A stretch of DNA of 64,000 nt from Octopus bimaculoides (GCF_001194135.2 NC_068995.1:10988743-11052742); one strand, 5' to 3'. Positions 1 to 13,230 are shown, counted from the stretch's first letter. Notes: generated by a model from the sequence alone, not told the origin. Numbers and translations: made by a program.

Positions 1-170
1 ACAAGGCCAGCAATTGTGGGGTCGAGAGTAAGTCGATTACATTGACCATGGTGCTCATGTGGTACTTCTTGTATCGACCTCAAAAGCACAAAGGACAAAG
101 TTGACCTCGGTGGAATGTGAACTCAGAATGTAAAGAGATGGGGAGTAGTATTGAAAGAAGTAGCTTAGCG
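1..170 (-). mobile_element. tRNA-derived SINE, family B, truncated by window edge
   Basis: Diverged copy of the acaaggccagcaat...atcgacc...gacctcggtggaatgtgaactcagaa motif that recurs about 20 times in the window. Confidence 0.75.
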
Positions 171-204
171 CCAAGTCATGAGAGACCAAACTATAATAAA
201 GAGT

Positions 205-555
205 GAAGGTGACCTCCTTTGGTCATTCATGACCATGGGCTTACCCTCAGAGGTACAAGTCCAGACAAGGTTGATTATGGAAGGCCAACAGTCGCCCGTG
301 CATACCAGCCTCCCCTCTCCATGCCACCAATGTTGTTCAAGACAAAGGCAAAGACCGATACAGCTTGGCACCAGTGATGTCGCAACTCATTTCTACGTGA
401 AATAAAGTGTCTTGCTCAAGAACACAGCACGCAGCCCGGTCTGGNNNNNNNNNNGTCTTGCTCAAGAACACAGCACGCAGCCCGGTCTGGGAATCGAACT
501 CACAACCTCACGATTGTAAGCTCGATGCTCTAACCACTGAGCCATGCGCCTTCAC
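205..555 (-). mobile_element. tRNA-derived SINE, family C
   Basis: Reverse complement matches 1808-2115; tRNA-like head (ggttagagcatcgagc...gagttcgattccc) at ~490-555. Confidence 0.8.
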
Positions 556-576
556 CAAACTATGATAGGGGGATAG

Positions 577-627
577 ATATGACTGATGAGGGCAACGGAA
601 ATTGCCAAAACTGATGTCAGTCTTAAG
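577..627 (+). ncRNA. Decayed type I hammerhead ribozyme-like motif (G12A)
   Basis: CTGATGA (583-589), extra G, helix II GGCAA/TTGCC (591-606), AAAA instead of GAAA (607-610), helix III ACTGA/TCAGT ending in GTC (620-622); helix I poor. Confidence 0.5.
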
Positions 628-771
628 AATTCTCAGTCAGCATTTTTCAGACATTTATGGTTCCTGTTAGTGCACATGTCTTCATTCATGTGCATTAACT
701 ACATTATTAGAGCATTTTAGCTCTTATTTCTAGCAATGTAGGTGTTTTTTAACACCCTAATCATATTTAGT

Positions 772-1000
772 GAGATATGGTGTAGTGGTTAAGAGCGCGG
801 GCTACTAACCCCAAGATTCCGAGTTCAATTCCAGGTAGTGACCTGAATAATAATATTAATAATAATAACACTGAAAATACCTTAGGAATGAGAACCCAGG
901 TTCGACATTTCCTCCAGACACCTGATGAAGGCTGGAAGGTATATCAGCCGAAACATTATGTTAACAACAAACAAGATGAGGACAAATATCAGTCAAATGG
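772..1000 (+). mobile_element. tRNA-headed SINE-like element carrying a hammerhead motif
   Basis: A box TGGTGTAGTGG (778-788), B box GAGTTCAATTCC (821-832), (AAT)n linker, then hammerhead core at 922-954. Confidence 0.65.
917..962 (+). ncRNA. Minimal type I hammerhead ribozyme motif, partly decayed
   Basis: CTGATGA (922-928), extra A, helix II GGCTG/CAGCC (930-949), GAAAC (950-954); GACAC (917-921) pairs 4/5 with ATGTT (958-962). Confidence 0.7.
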
Positions 1001-1807
1001 TGAACCATTGCAATGTGCTGTTTATATCAATTTTGTATAAAGTCACATATGACAGGGAAATAGTTTCAGGATATTTTATTTGACAATAAAAAAAATTCTA
1101 ATCTTACAACAAATTCTTTCGTAACTTATCATTTTCTCTTGTATCGTACTATACGTTCTATATATTTAGTAGAATGGTACATTTTATGAGGACTTATCAC
1201 AAATTACTCGAATCCATATATTGTGACTTAAACACACACACATACACACACACTTTTATACCCATATACGCAATTACAAATATTCATCAATGATATATAG
1301 TTTGTAATCACTGCTTTTCCTTTTTCATCCCTTCGGAAAGACTAATTAAATAATTGTACCAGTAATATAATTGGGACCATTTACTCAAATTGTAAATATC
1401 CTGCACAAAATCTCTATTTTTATTTTATCCTACCAGAAGAAATTGTAAAGCTGAGGTTGAGTCTTAATAGGAAAAAGCAATATAGTTGCCTCTATGCAGC
1501 TGGTCAACTTCCAGGAAGTAGCAATCAAATGTCCCTCAAATCACAGCCTGGCGTCATTAAAGTTAAAATAAAGGCACACCATTGAATGGTCAAGGCCAGA
1601 ATATCTTTGATTACAAGTCTTGCTCAATCAAAGTTGATCTGGAGATCAACGGAGAAGGGCTAATTTGGATATAAATGATTTCTTTCTTTGGCACAAAGTT
1701 AGAAATGAACAACCCTGCTTGTATGATGGTGATGCTCATTTACAGCCGTCATGTGATGTCAAGACAAGGGTATATACTCACACAAGATATATATATATAC
1801 ATATATA

Positions 1808-2115
1808 AGGTGCTTGGCTCAGTGGTTAGAGCATCAGGCTCACAATCACGAGGCAGTGAGTTTGATTCTCAGACCAGACTGTGTGTTGTATTCTTCAACA
1901 AGACACTTTATTTCATGTTGCGACATGAAATGAGTTGTGACGTCACTGGTGCCAAGCTGTATCGGCCCCTTTGCTTGTCCCTTGGATAACATCAGTAGCA
2001 TGGAGAGGAGTAGCTGGTAGGCACGGGTGACTTCCATAAACAACCTTGCCTAGACTTGTGCCTCAGAGGGTAACTTTCTAGGTGCAATCCCATGGTCATG
2101 AATGACTGAAGTTTA
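1808..2115 (+). mobile_element. tRNA-derived SINE, family C, near full length
   Basis: Head gctcagtggttagagc...gagtttgattc; body shared with 205-555, 42181-42440, 50755-50900 and 56040-56175. Confidence 0.8.
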
Positions 2116-2464
2116 TCTTTACCTTTTTTTCCTTTATATATATATATATATATATNNNNNNNNNNNNNNNNNNNNNNNNNNNNNNNNNNNNNNNNNNNNN
2201 NNNNNNNNNNNNNNNNNNNNNNNNNNNNNNNNNNNNNNNNNNNNNNNNNNNNNNNNNNNNNNNNNNNNNNNNNNNNNNNNNNNNNNNNNNNNNNNNNNNN
2301 NNNNNNNNNNNNNNNNNNNNNNNNNNNNNNNNNNNNNNNNNNNNNNNNNNNNNNNNNNNNNNNNNNNNNNNNNNNNNNNNNNNNNNNNNNNNNNNNNNNN
2401 NNNNNNNNNNNNNNNNNNNNNNNNNNNNNNNNNNNNNNNNNNNNNNNNNNNNNNNNNNNNNNNN

Positions 2465-2790
2465 GGGGGGGGGTCTGTCAGTTATGATGATGAGGGTTCC
2501 CGTTGACACGATCAATAGAATAAGCAATTTGTGACATTAACATGCAAGTGGCTGAGCACTCCACAGACACATGTACCCTTAATGTAGTTCTCAGGTGGGG
2601 GATTCAGTATGACACGGAATGTGACAAGGCTGGCCCTTTGAGATACAGGTAGAACTAACTTTTGCGGGCTGAGTGGATTGGGGTGGCTTGAAATAAAGTG
2701 TCTTGCTGAAGGGCATAGTGCACTGCCGAAAATTGAACTCACAACCTTATGACTGTGAGCCGTATACCCTAACCCCTAAAACATGTGCCT
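2465..2790 (-). mobile_element. SINE, family D
   Basis: Reverse complement matches 28375-28565 (gccagccttgtcacactc...gtgctcagccacttgcac); tRNA-like head near 2700-2790. Confidence 0.7.
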
Positions 2791-2899
2791 TCATGCTACC
2801 ACTACCACCATCACAACCACTACCTCCACCATTGTCTATACACATCAACATTTCAGGCTTTTTTGTTTTAAGTTCATATTCCAGCGGAATCAAACTGTC

Positions 2900-3045
2900 C
2901 GTCATCATCATCATCATCATTTAATGTCCACTGTCCATGCTGGCATGGGTTGGACGGTTTGACTGAAAACTGGTAAGCTGCATCAGGTTCCAGTCTAATT
3001 TGGCATGGTTTCTATGGTTGGATGCCCTTCCTAAAGCCAATCCTT
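2900..3045 (-). mobile_element. Retroposon 3' fragment, family E, (GAT)n tail
   Basis: Matches 41575-41690, 44395-44545 and 53790-53938 (aggaagggcatcca...catgccagcatgga...ttaaatgatgatga). Confidence 0.7.
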
Positions 3046-3274
3046 TCATTTTAAGGTCAACTTAGTTATATCCATCATTTTTTGGATCTTTCAATTTCAA
3101 TTTCCAAAGGTGCCAGCTTTGTCCTTCATCCCAACTAAGAAATAAAAGATTCCACTGGTTAATTATACCCTATGACTTTTTGGTAATTTTAACGTTGAGT
3201 TTAGCCTCTGCTGAGGTCAACTTAGGTCATTCATTCCACCAGATATTTTGGAGTGCATTGACTATCATTAATCT

Positions 3275-3519
3275 TTAATCTTTTACTTGTTTCAGTCACT
3301 GGACTGTGGCCATGCTAGGGCATTGTCTCGAAGGGTACACTTGAACAAATGTGCCCTAGTAGTTTTTTTTTCAAGCCTGCTACTTATTCTATCAATCTCT
3401 TTTGCCAAACTGCTAAATCATGGGGACGTAAACAAACTACCACTTGTCAAGAAGTGGTGGGGACAAACATACACACAAGGTCATATACACACACAAGGCC
3501 ATATACATGCACACAAGGC

Positions 3520-3553
<34 letters not shown>

Positions 3554-3715
3554 ATGGATTCTTCACAATTTCTGTTTACCAAATTCACTCACAAGGCATT
3601 GGCTGGCCTGGGACTATAACAGCCAACAACTGCCTACATAGCTACCACATAGTGGAATTGAACCCACAACAGCATGGTTGCAAAGTGAGGTTCTTAACCA
3701 CACAGCCATGCTTAA
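3275..3715 (-). mobile_element. tRNA-derived SINE, family A, with internal (CA)n
   Basis: Colinear with the full copy at 53108-53506. Confidence 0.8.
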
Positions 3716-4661
3716 TCGGCCTTTTTGGTTCTTTCAGTGGTATTGAGTTCAAGTTAGACATTGAGATTTGTTTTGTCCTCTGTCCCATTAAATTTACAGA
3801 TCGGAATTTATAAAATGGATCCCTGTTGATTTCAGCAATATATATTCAATTGTTACTTGCTCATTGAATTAACATAATAGTGGCTGAATATTCCATAGCC
3901 ATATATATCCTTAATTTGTATGATGCAGTGATTTGACAGGGCCAAACTTTGAAATTAAAACGTACAATTCTATCCAAGAAGCTTCCTTGCAGTTTCTGCT
4001 TCATTTAGTTTCTTTGACAAAGCTTGGATCAAATTGCAACTACAGCACAAAAAAAAAAAAGGACATTTGCCCAAGATACCATGCAGTGGGATTGAACCCA
4101 TGATTTCAGGATTGGAACCTAAACTCCTTAACCACTCAGCCACTCTAGCATCTACATTATAGCCTGTATGCAATTGCCTATCGTCATCCTCCCTCCCACA
4201 AATTTTTTTCCCCCTTCTTCATGTACCGAGTGCAAAGAAAAAAAAAAAAATTTTTTTTTTTGAAAAATTTGAAAAACAATGATAAAAACAAAACCTGAAA
4301 AAAAAAGAATCTTAAAATCGATATTTAGAAATAGAAGATCTTTATGGAATGTAATACAAAGAGAGTCCGTATAACGTTTCAATTCGCCACCCACATCTCC
4401 GCCACCCTGCCATTGTAAAATTGCCGAACTATACTTATTTCGCAGGCAACAAACTCATAAAACAAAAAGACTTTACATATGAATTTTTATGATGCTTATA
4501 ATATTGGTAAGNNNNNNNNNNNNNNNNNNNNNNNNNNNNNNNNNNNNNNNNNNNNNNNNNNNNNNNNNNNNNNNNNNNNNNNNNNNNNNNNNNNNNNNNN
4601 NNNNNNNNNNNNNNNNNNNNNNNNNNNNNNNNNNNNNNNNNNNNNNNNNNNNNNNNNNNNN

Positions 4662-4706
<45 letters not shown>

Positions 4707-5036
4707 AAATTAAATTCAAAAATAAAAACCAGTTATTTTTAAATGGAAAGAAACGCCTTAAAATTGTGTATGTATATGCATAGATATAGGCAAGCATATA
4801 TGGATATACATATTTACACACACACACAGATACACAGACATATATACACACAACACATATATACATTTATGTAAATATATAAATGTGTATATGTATATGT
4901 GTACACATATATTACACACATGCATACATTACACATAGATAACAACACAAACACACATTTTCATGTACATACACACACACACATACATATATACACATAC
5001 ATATATACACACACGTACGCCTAAAATACACACACA

Positions 5037-5080
<44 letters not shown>

Positions 5081-5229
5081 TTTACAAAAATACACACACA
5101 CATACATACACATAAATACACACACGAGCATACATACACATAAATACACACACACACACAGATATATACACAAACACACATACAATTTCAAATTTTGAGT
5201 ATTTAAGACAACACGCAGGGAGAGAAAAA

Positions 5230-5880
5230 TGAGAGACTCTGGATAGCTACTTGATGCGCTAGAAATGGCAACTAACCAAATTTACTCAAATAACAACCTT
5301 TCTGGTTTAACAGAAATGGAAGATCACATGGGACATTGCAAGTAGTCTTAAATATCAGGAAAATATAAAGACGTGATGGTCATGGTGGGAACAAGCATCG
5401 TTGATTCCAGCTCTCTGCTGCAGGATGTCTTGCTGAGGTGGGACTAAACGACCACAATTACAATATGAGGCAATAAGATTGTTCGACATGCTGAGAAATA
5501 GCAGCTGAAGTACTCGACATCGTTTGAGGAAAGGGAAGGACACGTTAGCAAAAGAGTCTATATATATATAAGATGGGGTGGTCTCGACTGGAAGGTACGT
5601 CTTTAGGACTTAACAACAGCGATAATATTATAATCCAACGAGATCGAACGATCGACTAGAAATAGCAACCAAATCATCTTCGCTGGATATGAAAAACGTC
5701 TATCAGTTCAGTTGGGACTGAGAGCTAGGAGTCACTGAGAGAGAGAGAGAGAGAGAGAGGGGGGAGAGAGAAGGAGAGAGAGTGAGAGAGATGTTACTCA
5801 GTCGCATGACCTGCTAGAAATAACAGCCAAATTCTCCTCAGGTCGCACCATTACATCATTAATAATGAAGGACATATGAG
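5230..5880. repeat. Diverged copies of repeat family F (ctagaaatagcagccaaat motif)
   Basis: Motif at ~5260, ~5660 and ~5815, in opposite orientation to the 6475-7545 array. Confidence 0.55.
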
Positions 5881-5905
5881 ATAAAATGTAATTCTAGATA
5901 TACAA

Positions 5906-5938
<33 letters not shown>

Positions 5939-5942
<4 letters not shown>

Positions 5943-6320
5943 GTTTCAAATTTTGGCACAAGGCCAGCAATTTCAAGGAGGAGGGGGTAAATCAATTACA
6001 ATGACAACAATGCTAAAACTGTTACTTATTTCATCGACCCCGAAATGATGAAAGGCGAAATTGATTTCGGCGCGATTCGAACCCAGGACGTAAAGAGCCG
6101 GAAGAAATACCGCTAAGCATTTTGTCCGAAGAAACAAGACCTGCAGTTTTAATGGAGAGGGGGTTAGGCGATTATATCGATCCAGGTACTAAACTGGTAC
6201 TTTATTTTATCGACCCCCGAGAGGATGCAAGGAGTAGTCGACCTGAGCGGGATTTGAGCTCAGAATCCAAACAAATGCCGCAAAGCGTTTCGTCCAACGT
6301 TCTACCGTTTCTATCATTCT
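5939..6320 (-). mobile_element. Two tandem family B SINEs after an (AAT)n tail
   Basis: aatggtttcaaattttggcacaaggccagc...atcgaccccga motif occurs twice. Confidence 0.8.
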
Positions 6321-6474
6321 AGCGGGATGGTCACCGCTGGAATGAATTGCTATGTTTAGCAGTTGCACTTCTGTTAAGGGTACAAAACGGGTAAATACCA
6401 ACAAGATTCTTTAGAATGGGGTATATAAGTCTGAATATGCGTCTGTCTTATCACTTGATAATTGAAAATAATCT

Positions 6475-7545
6475 ATAGTTTGTTGTTTAATACTAGGTTG
6501 GCGGTGACCGAGGAAACCAATGATCAAAGGCGTTCCAGTTGTGACAATCTCACCTTTTCCCTTCCTATGTGCAGGAAATTCAAGACCACATTATCCAACG
6601 GCGCAGTGTTATTTGAGGGAGATTTGGTTGCTATTTCTAGCAAAGTCGAATGACCACTTAGCAGCTGTTTAATCCCTGGACAGTCTCGATTAAATGGATT
6701 AAATGAACAAAGGCATTCCAGCCATGACCATCGTGCCTTTTCCTTTTTATGTGCAGGGAATCCAAGACTACATTATCGAACGATGCGGTGCCATTTGGAT
6801 GAGATTGGGCTGCTATTTCTAGCACGGTCGAGCGTACACTCAGCGGCTGGTTAATCCCAGATCAGCTTTGATTGAGTCGGCCCATGATCAAAGACAATCC
6901 AATTGTGACAACTTCACCCATTCTTTGGGTGAAGCAACCACTTAGCGGCTGTTTTAGTCCCAAATCAGCGTTGAGTAAACCTATGGAGCAACGGTATTCC
7001 AACCGAAACCATCCCTTCTTTCTTGTACATTTGAGACTTACAGTCTCTAACGCATACGTTCTTCAATTTTCAAAGGCGGTAGGTGTGATTGGAAATATAT
7101 TTGGCTGCTAGTTTTAGCAAGCAAGGCAACCATGTAGAGGTCCACACGATGGCTTGAATAGTTGTTGTTCAACTCCAGGTCAGCCCTGACTTAGCAGACC
7201 CGTGATCAGAGTTATCCAGCCGTGACCATCTCATCTTATTGAATACAAAGAACTCGGGACCACATTTGAGACGATACTGTTAGATTCGAAGTTGATTTGG
7301 CTGTTGTTTCTAGTAGGCCGAGTGACAACGTTGAGGCTCCCTCGTTTTGCGTTTAACCGCAGTTCGGCTGTAAATGAGCAAATCTCAGATCAAAGACATT
7401 CCAAACGTGACGAACTTGTCTTTTGCCTTACATTATTCATTCAACGCAACCCTTTCCTATACGTAAGAGCAGTATGCAATTGCAGTGAGATTCGGCTGTG
7501 GTTTCTAGCAATCACAGTGACCACGTAGAGACGTCATCGTTCGCT
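6475..7545. repeat. Head-to-tail array of ~5-6 diverged family F units (~170-200 bp)
   Basis: Recurring tgatcaaaggcattccagccatgacc and gatttggctgctatttctagc (latter near 6625, 6805, 7100, 7295, 7495). Confidence 0.7.
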
Positions 7546-7689
7546 CGTTTCTTTATTAATATAACTGTGTTTATTTCTCGACTAACATTAAAAGAGACAT
7601 TTTTGTATAAAAATTATTTTTTAAAATTTTCATTTGATTTCAACCATTAAATTTTCTTTTCCTTTTATTTATATTTTTTTTAGACCAGC

Positions 7690-8917
7690 AGTGTGTGTGT
7701 GTGTGCATGTGTGTGTGTGTGTGTGTCTGTGTGTGTGTATTTGTATATATGTGTGTGTTTATTTCAAGTATTATACTGATTGGGTATAATTTTTGCTAAT
7801 TACAAAAATTTAAAATGATTTATTTACTATAAAAATAAACAATTTTGTCACACACATACACATACTTACACATCTACATGAGCCTACGTATATATATATA
7901 TATATATATATATATTCATATACATAGGTGCATATACATATATCCAAATGGATACATGCACGCATACATATATACACATGCATATACATACATGCATACA
8001 GACACATAACGCATACACAAAAAACAGACACACTGTACACATTTACAGATGCATATATGTATACACACACATATATATATATATTCAAAGACAGACACAT
8101 ATAACCATACATACATACATACATACAAACGTACACATACATACATACGTACAAATACATACACACATTCATACATACATATGCATATACATATAAACAC
8201 ATACACAGATACATACATACTCATATATATATACATACATACACATACACTTACCCACATAAATACATACATACATGCATGCATACACATACCCACATAC
8301 ACATACACGTACACACATATATATATGCACATACATACACGCACCCATATACATATACGCATGCATACATACTATATATACACATAGACAGACGTATCCA
8401 CAAACGACAAACACACGTACAAGCTCGTATACCCACATACACACACAAAGTCACAGATTACATACCTACATACATTCACCCTTTATGTGAATTAGAAATG
8501 TATGCAGTCAGCATATTCTGTTTATTGGAAATACAAAAATAAATAAATAAATAACGTTTTTACATTCTTGACAAATGGAATAAAAAAAAAAGAAAAGAAA
8601 AAAAGAGAAGAATATTTCATAATAAACATCAAAATATCCCTCCCACAAACAGAAAATAGCAATTTATATTGAATTCTAAATATTAAAAAATGCGAGTGTA
8701 CTTAACAAAATAATTATTGTGAAATTATATATATATATATACATATATATACATACATATGTATTTATATATATATACATATACATATATATGTCCAATG
8801 ACGATATATATATATACATACACATATATATACATATGTATTTATATATATATATATATACATATATATGTCCAATGACGATATATATATACATACACAT
8901 ATACATACATATATATG

Positions 8918-8959
<42 letters not shown>

Positions 8960-9102
8960 TACACACATATATACACATAATATGCTCATTACAAAATACA
9001 CACACATATATGTATGTATGAGTATATATAGAAATAGATATATACATAGTTACACAAACACACATACGTACGCATACACACCTATATATATATATAAAAC
9101 AT

Positions 9103-9151
<49 letters not shown>
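7690..9151. repeat. Compound (TG/CA/TA/TACA)n microsatellite tract with an ~80-bp tandem duplication near 8785-8900
   Basis: Direct inspection; atgtccaatgacgatatat occurs twice. Confidence 0.9.
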
Positions 9152-11604
9152 NNNNNNNNNNNNNNNNNNNNNNNNNNNNNNNNNNNNNNNNNNNNNNNNN
9201 NNNNNNNNNNNNNNNNNNNNNNNNNNNNNNNNNNNNNNNNNNNNNNNNNNNNNNNNNNNNNNNNNNNNNNNNNNNNNNNNNNNNNNNNNNNNNNNNNNNN
9301 NNNNNNNNNNNNNNNNNNNNNNNNNNNNNNNNNNNNNNNNNNNNNNNNNNNNNNNNNNNNNNNNNNNNNNNNNNNNNNNNNNNNNNNNNNNNNNNNNNNN
9401 NNNNNNNNNNNNNNNNNNNNNNNNNNNNNNNNNNNNNNNNNNNNNNNNNNNNNNNNNNNNNNNNNNNNNNNNNNNNNNNNNNNNNNNNNNNNNNNNNNNN
9501 NNNNNNNNNNNNNNNNNNNNNNNNNNNNNNNNNNNNNNNNNNNNNNNNNNNNNNNNNNNNNNNNNNNNNNNNNNNNNNNNNNNNNNNNNNNNNNNNNNNN
9601 NNNNNNNNNNNNNNNNNNNNNNNNNNNNNNNNNNNNNNNNNNNNNNNNNNNNNNNNNNNNNNNNNNNNNNNNNNNNNNNNNNNNNNNNNNNNNNNNNNNN
9701 NNNNNNNNNNNNNNNNNNNNNNTACGAGTAGTCAGTGGTTTTTTTTTTTCCTCCCCCATTTTATTTTATAATCTCTTATTCCGTTGTGGCTTTTTGTCTT
9801 TTAGTTGAGTGGTTCAACGACAATATAAACTGTTTTAAAAGTTGCCATTTAAGCAGAAATACAAACGAACTTTTATTTATGGAGTAATAAATTTTCTGAA
9901 GAACGGCGCGGCAAGTAGATGAAATGAAAGGATGATGGAAGGGAAATATTAAGAAAAGACCGTATTACTGCGAGTGTAAAGAGAATTAATGTGTACGACT
10001 TTGGAGAATAATAATAACAATAATAATAAAGTAAAGCAGAATTGGCAAAAAGAAAAGAAAGAAAGAAAAAGAGAACAAAACAAAACAAAACAAAACAAGG
10101 AATATCTGGACGAGTTTGGAATAATTAAACATGGATGTAATTAATTTTTAATGGGTTCATTGTTGAGCCTGTCTTTCGATCGATAGAACGAATTTTCTGC
10201 CGCTTATTTTCTTTCCTTAAACAAGTTCTATGAAACAATATTGTTGAAATAATAAATAAATATAAAATATTTATTAATAATATCGGATTTTTTTTTCTTC
10301 TAAAAGGAGGCGGGGGGATGAGTGGGACAAAAAAGCGAATCTTGTGACGTTCATGTAAGACTTTAAAAAAAGAAGAAAAAAAGAGGTCCCAGGATTTGTT
10401 ATGGAAATGAATGATTTTAACCGCGAGTCGAAACTGCGTCGTGAATACAGTTTGCTCTGGAACTTAACTCTTATTCTACCGAGTTAGCTAATAATGTTAA
10501 TATCTTTAATGTATTTGTGTACGTGTGTTCGTGTTTATTTTAACCATTAACCCTAATTGTAAATCCCTAATTAATAAATAAACCGCAACAAAGAGAAATA
10601 CATTTCGTGAAAAACCCAAAGAAAATGACAGTAACCTCGGACCTTATGGCTCGTACATTTGGCCGAATCGCCAAATTCTTGTCTTCGTAGGTCGATAGGG
10701 ATGAAGAAATAATAATAATAATAATAACAACCCTAAATATAATACATCATCTTCGATTCCTAATTTAAAACGAATCCAGAAACGTTACTCTTTCGTCGAG
10801 CTAGCCAAGGATAAAAAGACTGAAAAACCAGAAATTCTTCTATGTTTGTGTTAGCATCATCAATATTATCATATACTAATTTTCTGGGTACACAGATGCG
10901 AAGTAGTTGATGGCATCCTAAAAATCACTTGCAATATTCAAGTATATTTTATGCCGATCTCAACTACATAATGGTATCTCTCTTCTATGTCTCTCTCTGT
11001 CTCTTTGAATCTATCCATCTATCTATCTGTCTATATCTGTCTATCTGTCAGTCTGTCTATCTATCTATCTCTGTCTATCTCTTTCCCCATAGTATTCTCG
11101 TAGACTCAGAAACGAAATTAAAAACAAAATACAACAGCGGCTTAAAGAATTCATAAGGAATCAAAGATTCTAAGAATCTACACTCGTTGAACAGAATGTA
11201 AAAATAAACACACACGCAAACACACACACATACACACACACATTCATGTATGCTTACATACATACATAGCGTTGATTAACGACAACAACAGCAATAAAAA
11301 CTTAAGCAATTCATGACAATTAATTAAACAAATAATTTACAAAAAAATTAATTAACAAGAACAAGACTATCGTGGCATCTACACACACACACACACACAC
11401 ACACACCAAGCACCTGCATGTATGTCTTGTCTTTCTTTTTCTTTTCTTATTTCGAAAAATTAAAATACGTCTTTGTGCTTTGAAATTAAAATAATAAGAA
11501 TTATATATTACATATACATATCCACAAATATATATATATATATATATATACACATACACAACACACAGACACACACATATATATATATACATATCTCTTA
11601 CCAG

Positions 11605-12040
11605 GCGTTTTAAACGACTGCTTTGGATGTAAGTCTAATAAATGGTCCTATCATCTGATGCAAGGAAGAGGTCGTACTAAATTCATGTGGAATTTAATAA
11701 AAGCAACCCACCGCTAACGAGAAAACTGCTGGTCTCTGAGAGGGGCGACTGTTCTTTATCCATGGCACCAGCTAACATGTATGTATAAATCAAGTTTTAG
11801 CGTCATGTAGCAAAGAAGAAGACAAAATTCATCCAAGACATTCAGTAAGTGCTTTTCCGAATATGCTGCTGTAGGTTCGCCTTTGCCTGCTGTTGTTGTG
11901 GTTGTGGTTGTGGTTGTTGTTGTTGATGGTGGTGGTGGTGGTTACTGGTAGCGGCGGTGATGGGAACAAGACGCGATTGATACGGAGACGGAACCATATT
12001 CTAAGAGAAGTTACTTCGAGAGATCCCAAACGAAAACTCA
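11605..12040. other. Unique-sequence exon-like island with splice-like signals on both strands and a 51-aa His/Gln-rich minus-strand sORF (11842-11997)
   Basis: Minus-strand CTG|GTAAGA donor near 11601; plus-strand ttaccAG|G acceptor at 11604 and CA|GTAAGT donor at 11845; no long ORF. Confidence 0.3.
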
Positions 12041-12042
12041 CG

Positions 12043-12043
<1 letters not shown>

Positions 12044-12078
<35 letters not shown>

Positions 12079-12254
12079 GCACACACGTATNNNNNNNNNN
12101 NNNNNNNNNNNNNNNNNNNNNNNNNNNNNNNNNNNNNNNNNNNNNNNNNNNNNNNNNNNNNNNNNNNNNNNNNNNNNNNNNNNNNNNNNNNNNNNNNNNN
12201 NNNNNNNNNNNNNNNNNNNNNNNNNNNNNNNNNNNNNNNNNNNNNNNNNNNNNN

Positions 12255-12290
<36 letters not shown>

Positions 12291-12659
12291 GCACACACGT
12301 ATGTATATATGAATGTACGTATGCATGTATATGTTTGCGTGTATAGCTCCGTGTATATATGTATGTGTTTGTGTGTATGTGTAGGTATATGTGTATATAT
12401 ATATTATGTATGTATATGTACGTGTTCGTGTGCAGCTACGAGTATATGTTCCTAATGTTTATGTGTGTGTGTGTGTGTGTGTGTGTGTCTGTTTGTGTGA
12501 GTGTATGCATGTATATGTGTGTGCGTATATGAATGAGTGTACCTGTGTTTATATATTTGTGTGCATGTGTATGCGTGTGTATGTGCAGGTATGTAAATAT
12601 GTGTATGCATATATATGTACATATATACGTATATTTATATACATTTTCAGCGGCGGCGC

Positions 12660-12696
<37 letters not shown>

Positions 12697-12976
12697 TATT
12701 ACTATTATTATTGTTATTTAACATTACAATACATTCTATTTATTCAGTGGAAGAGAGAGCTGATTTCATTTTCATTCAATGAAGAGACCAGAAGTAAAAA
12801 GAAGAAAAAAAAACAACAACAACAAAACGAACGAAACAGAAAAAAAACAAGGAATTTAACGAACATTTAATAATAAAAACGAGTGAAAGGAGAAAATTAT
12901 TTGTAACACATTACCGCGAAGACTATTATTGATTCTTATACCATAATGGACGAACATGCATCTCTGGGTGATCGTG

Positions 12977-13012
<36 letters not shown>

Positions 13013-13190
13013 AGTTGTAGGTGTTTCTTTGTAAGCAAACGGGAAAAGAACATGTATACTTGTAAAAGTGTGTACGACTACTTCAAACACACTTATACAC
13101 ACACACACACAGGCTTACAAGCACATGCACAAATAGGCAAGCGCATACNNNNNNNNNNNNNNNNNNNNNNNNNNNNNNNNNNNNNNNNNN

Positions 13191-13230
<40 letters not shown>

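Noticed and set aside
409-489. Exact ~36-bp direct repeat either side of 9 Ns
   Set aside because: Overlapping contig ends inside a SINE; assembly artefact.
772-845. Functional tRNA gene (also heads at ~1815, ~4060-4150, ~15710, ~38570)
   Set aside because: A and B boxes are present but there is no proper acceptor stem or terminator; they continue into SINE bodies.
6475-7545. CRISPR-like repeat-spacer array
   Set aside because: Eukaryotic context; units are long, diverged and dispersed elsewhere in the window; no cas genes.
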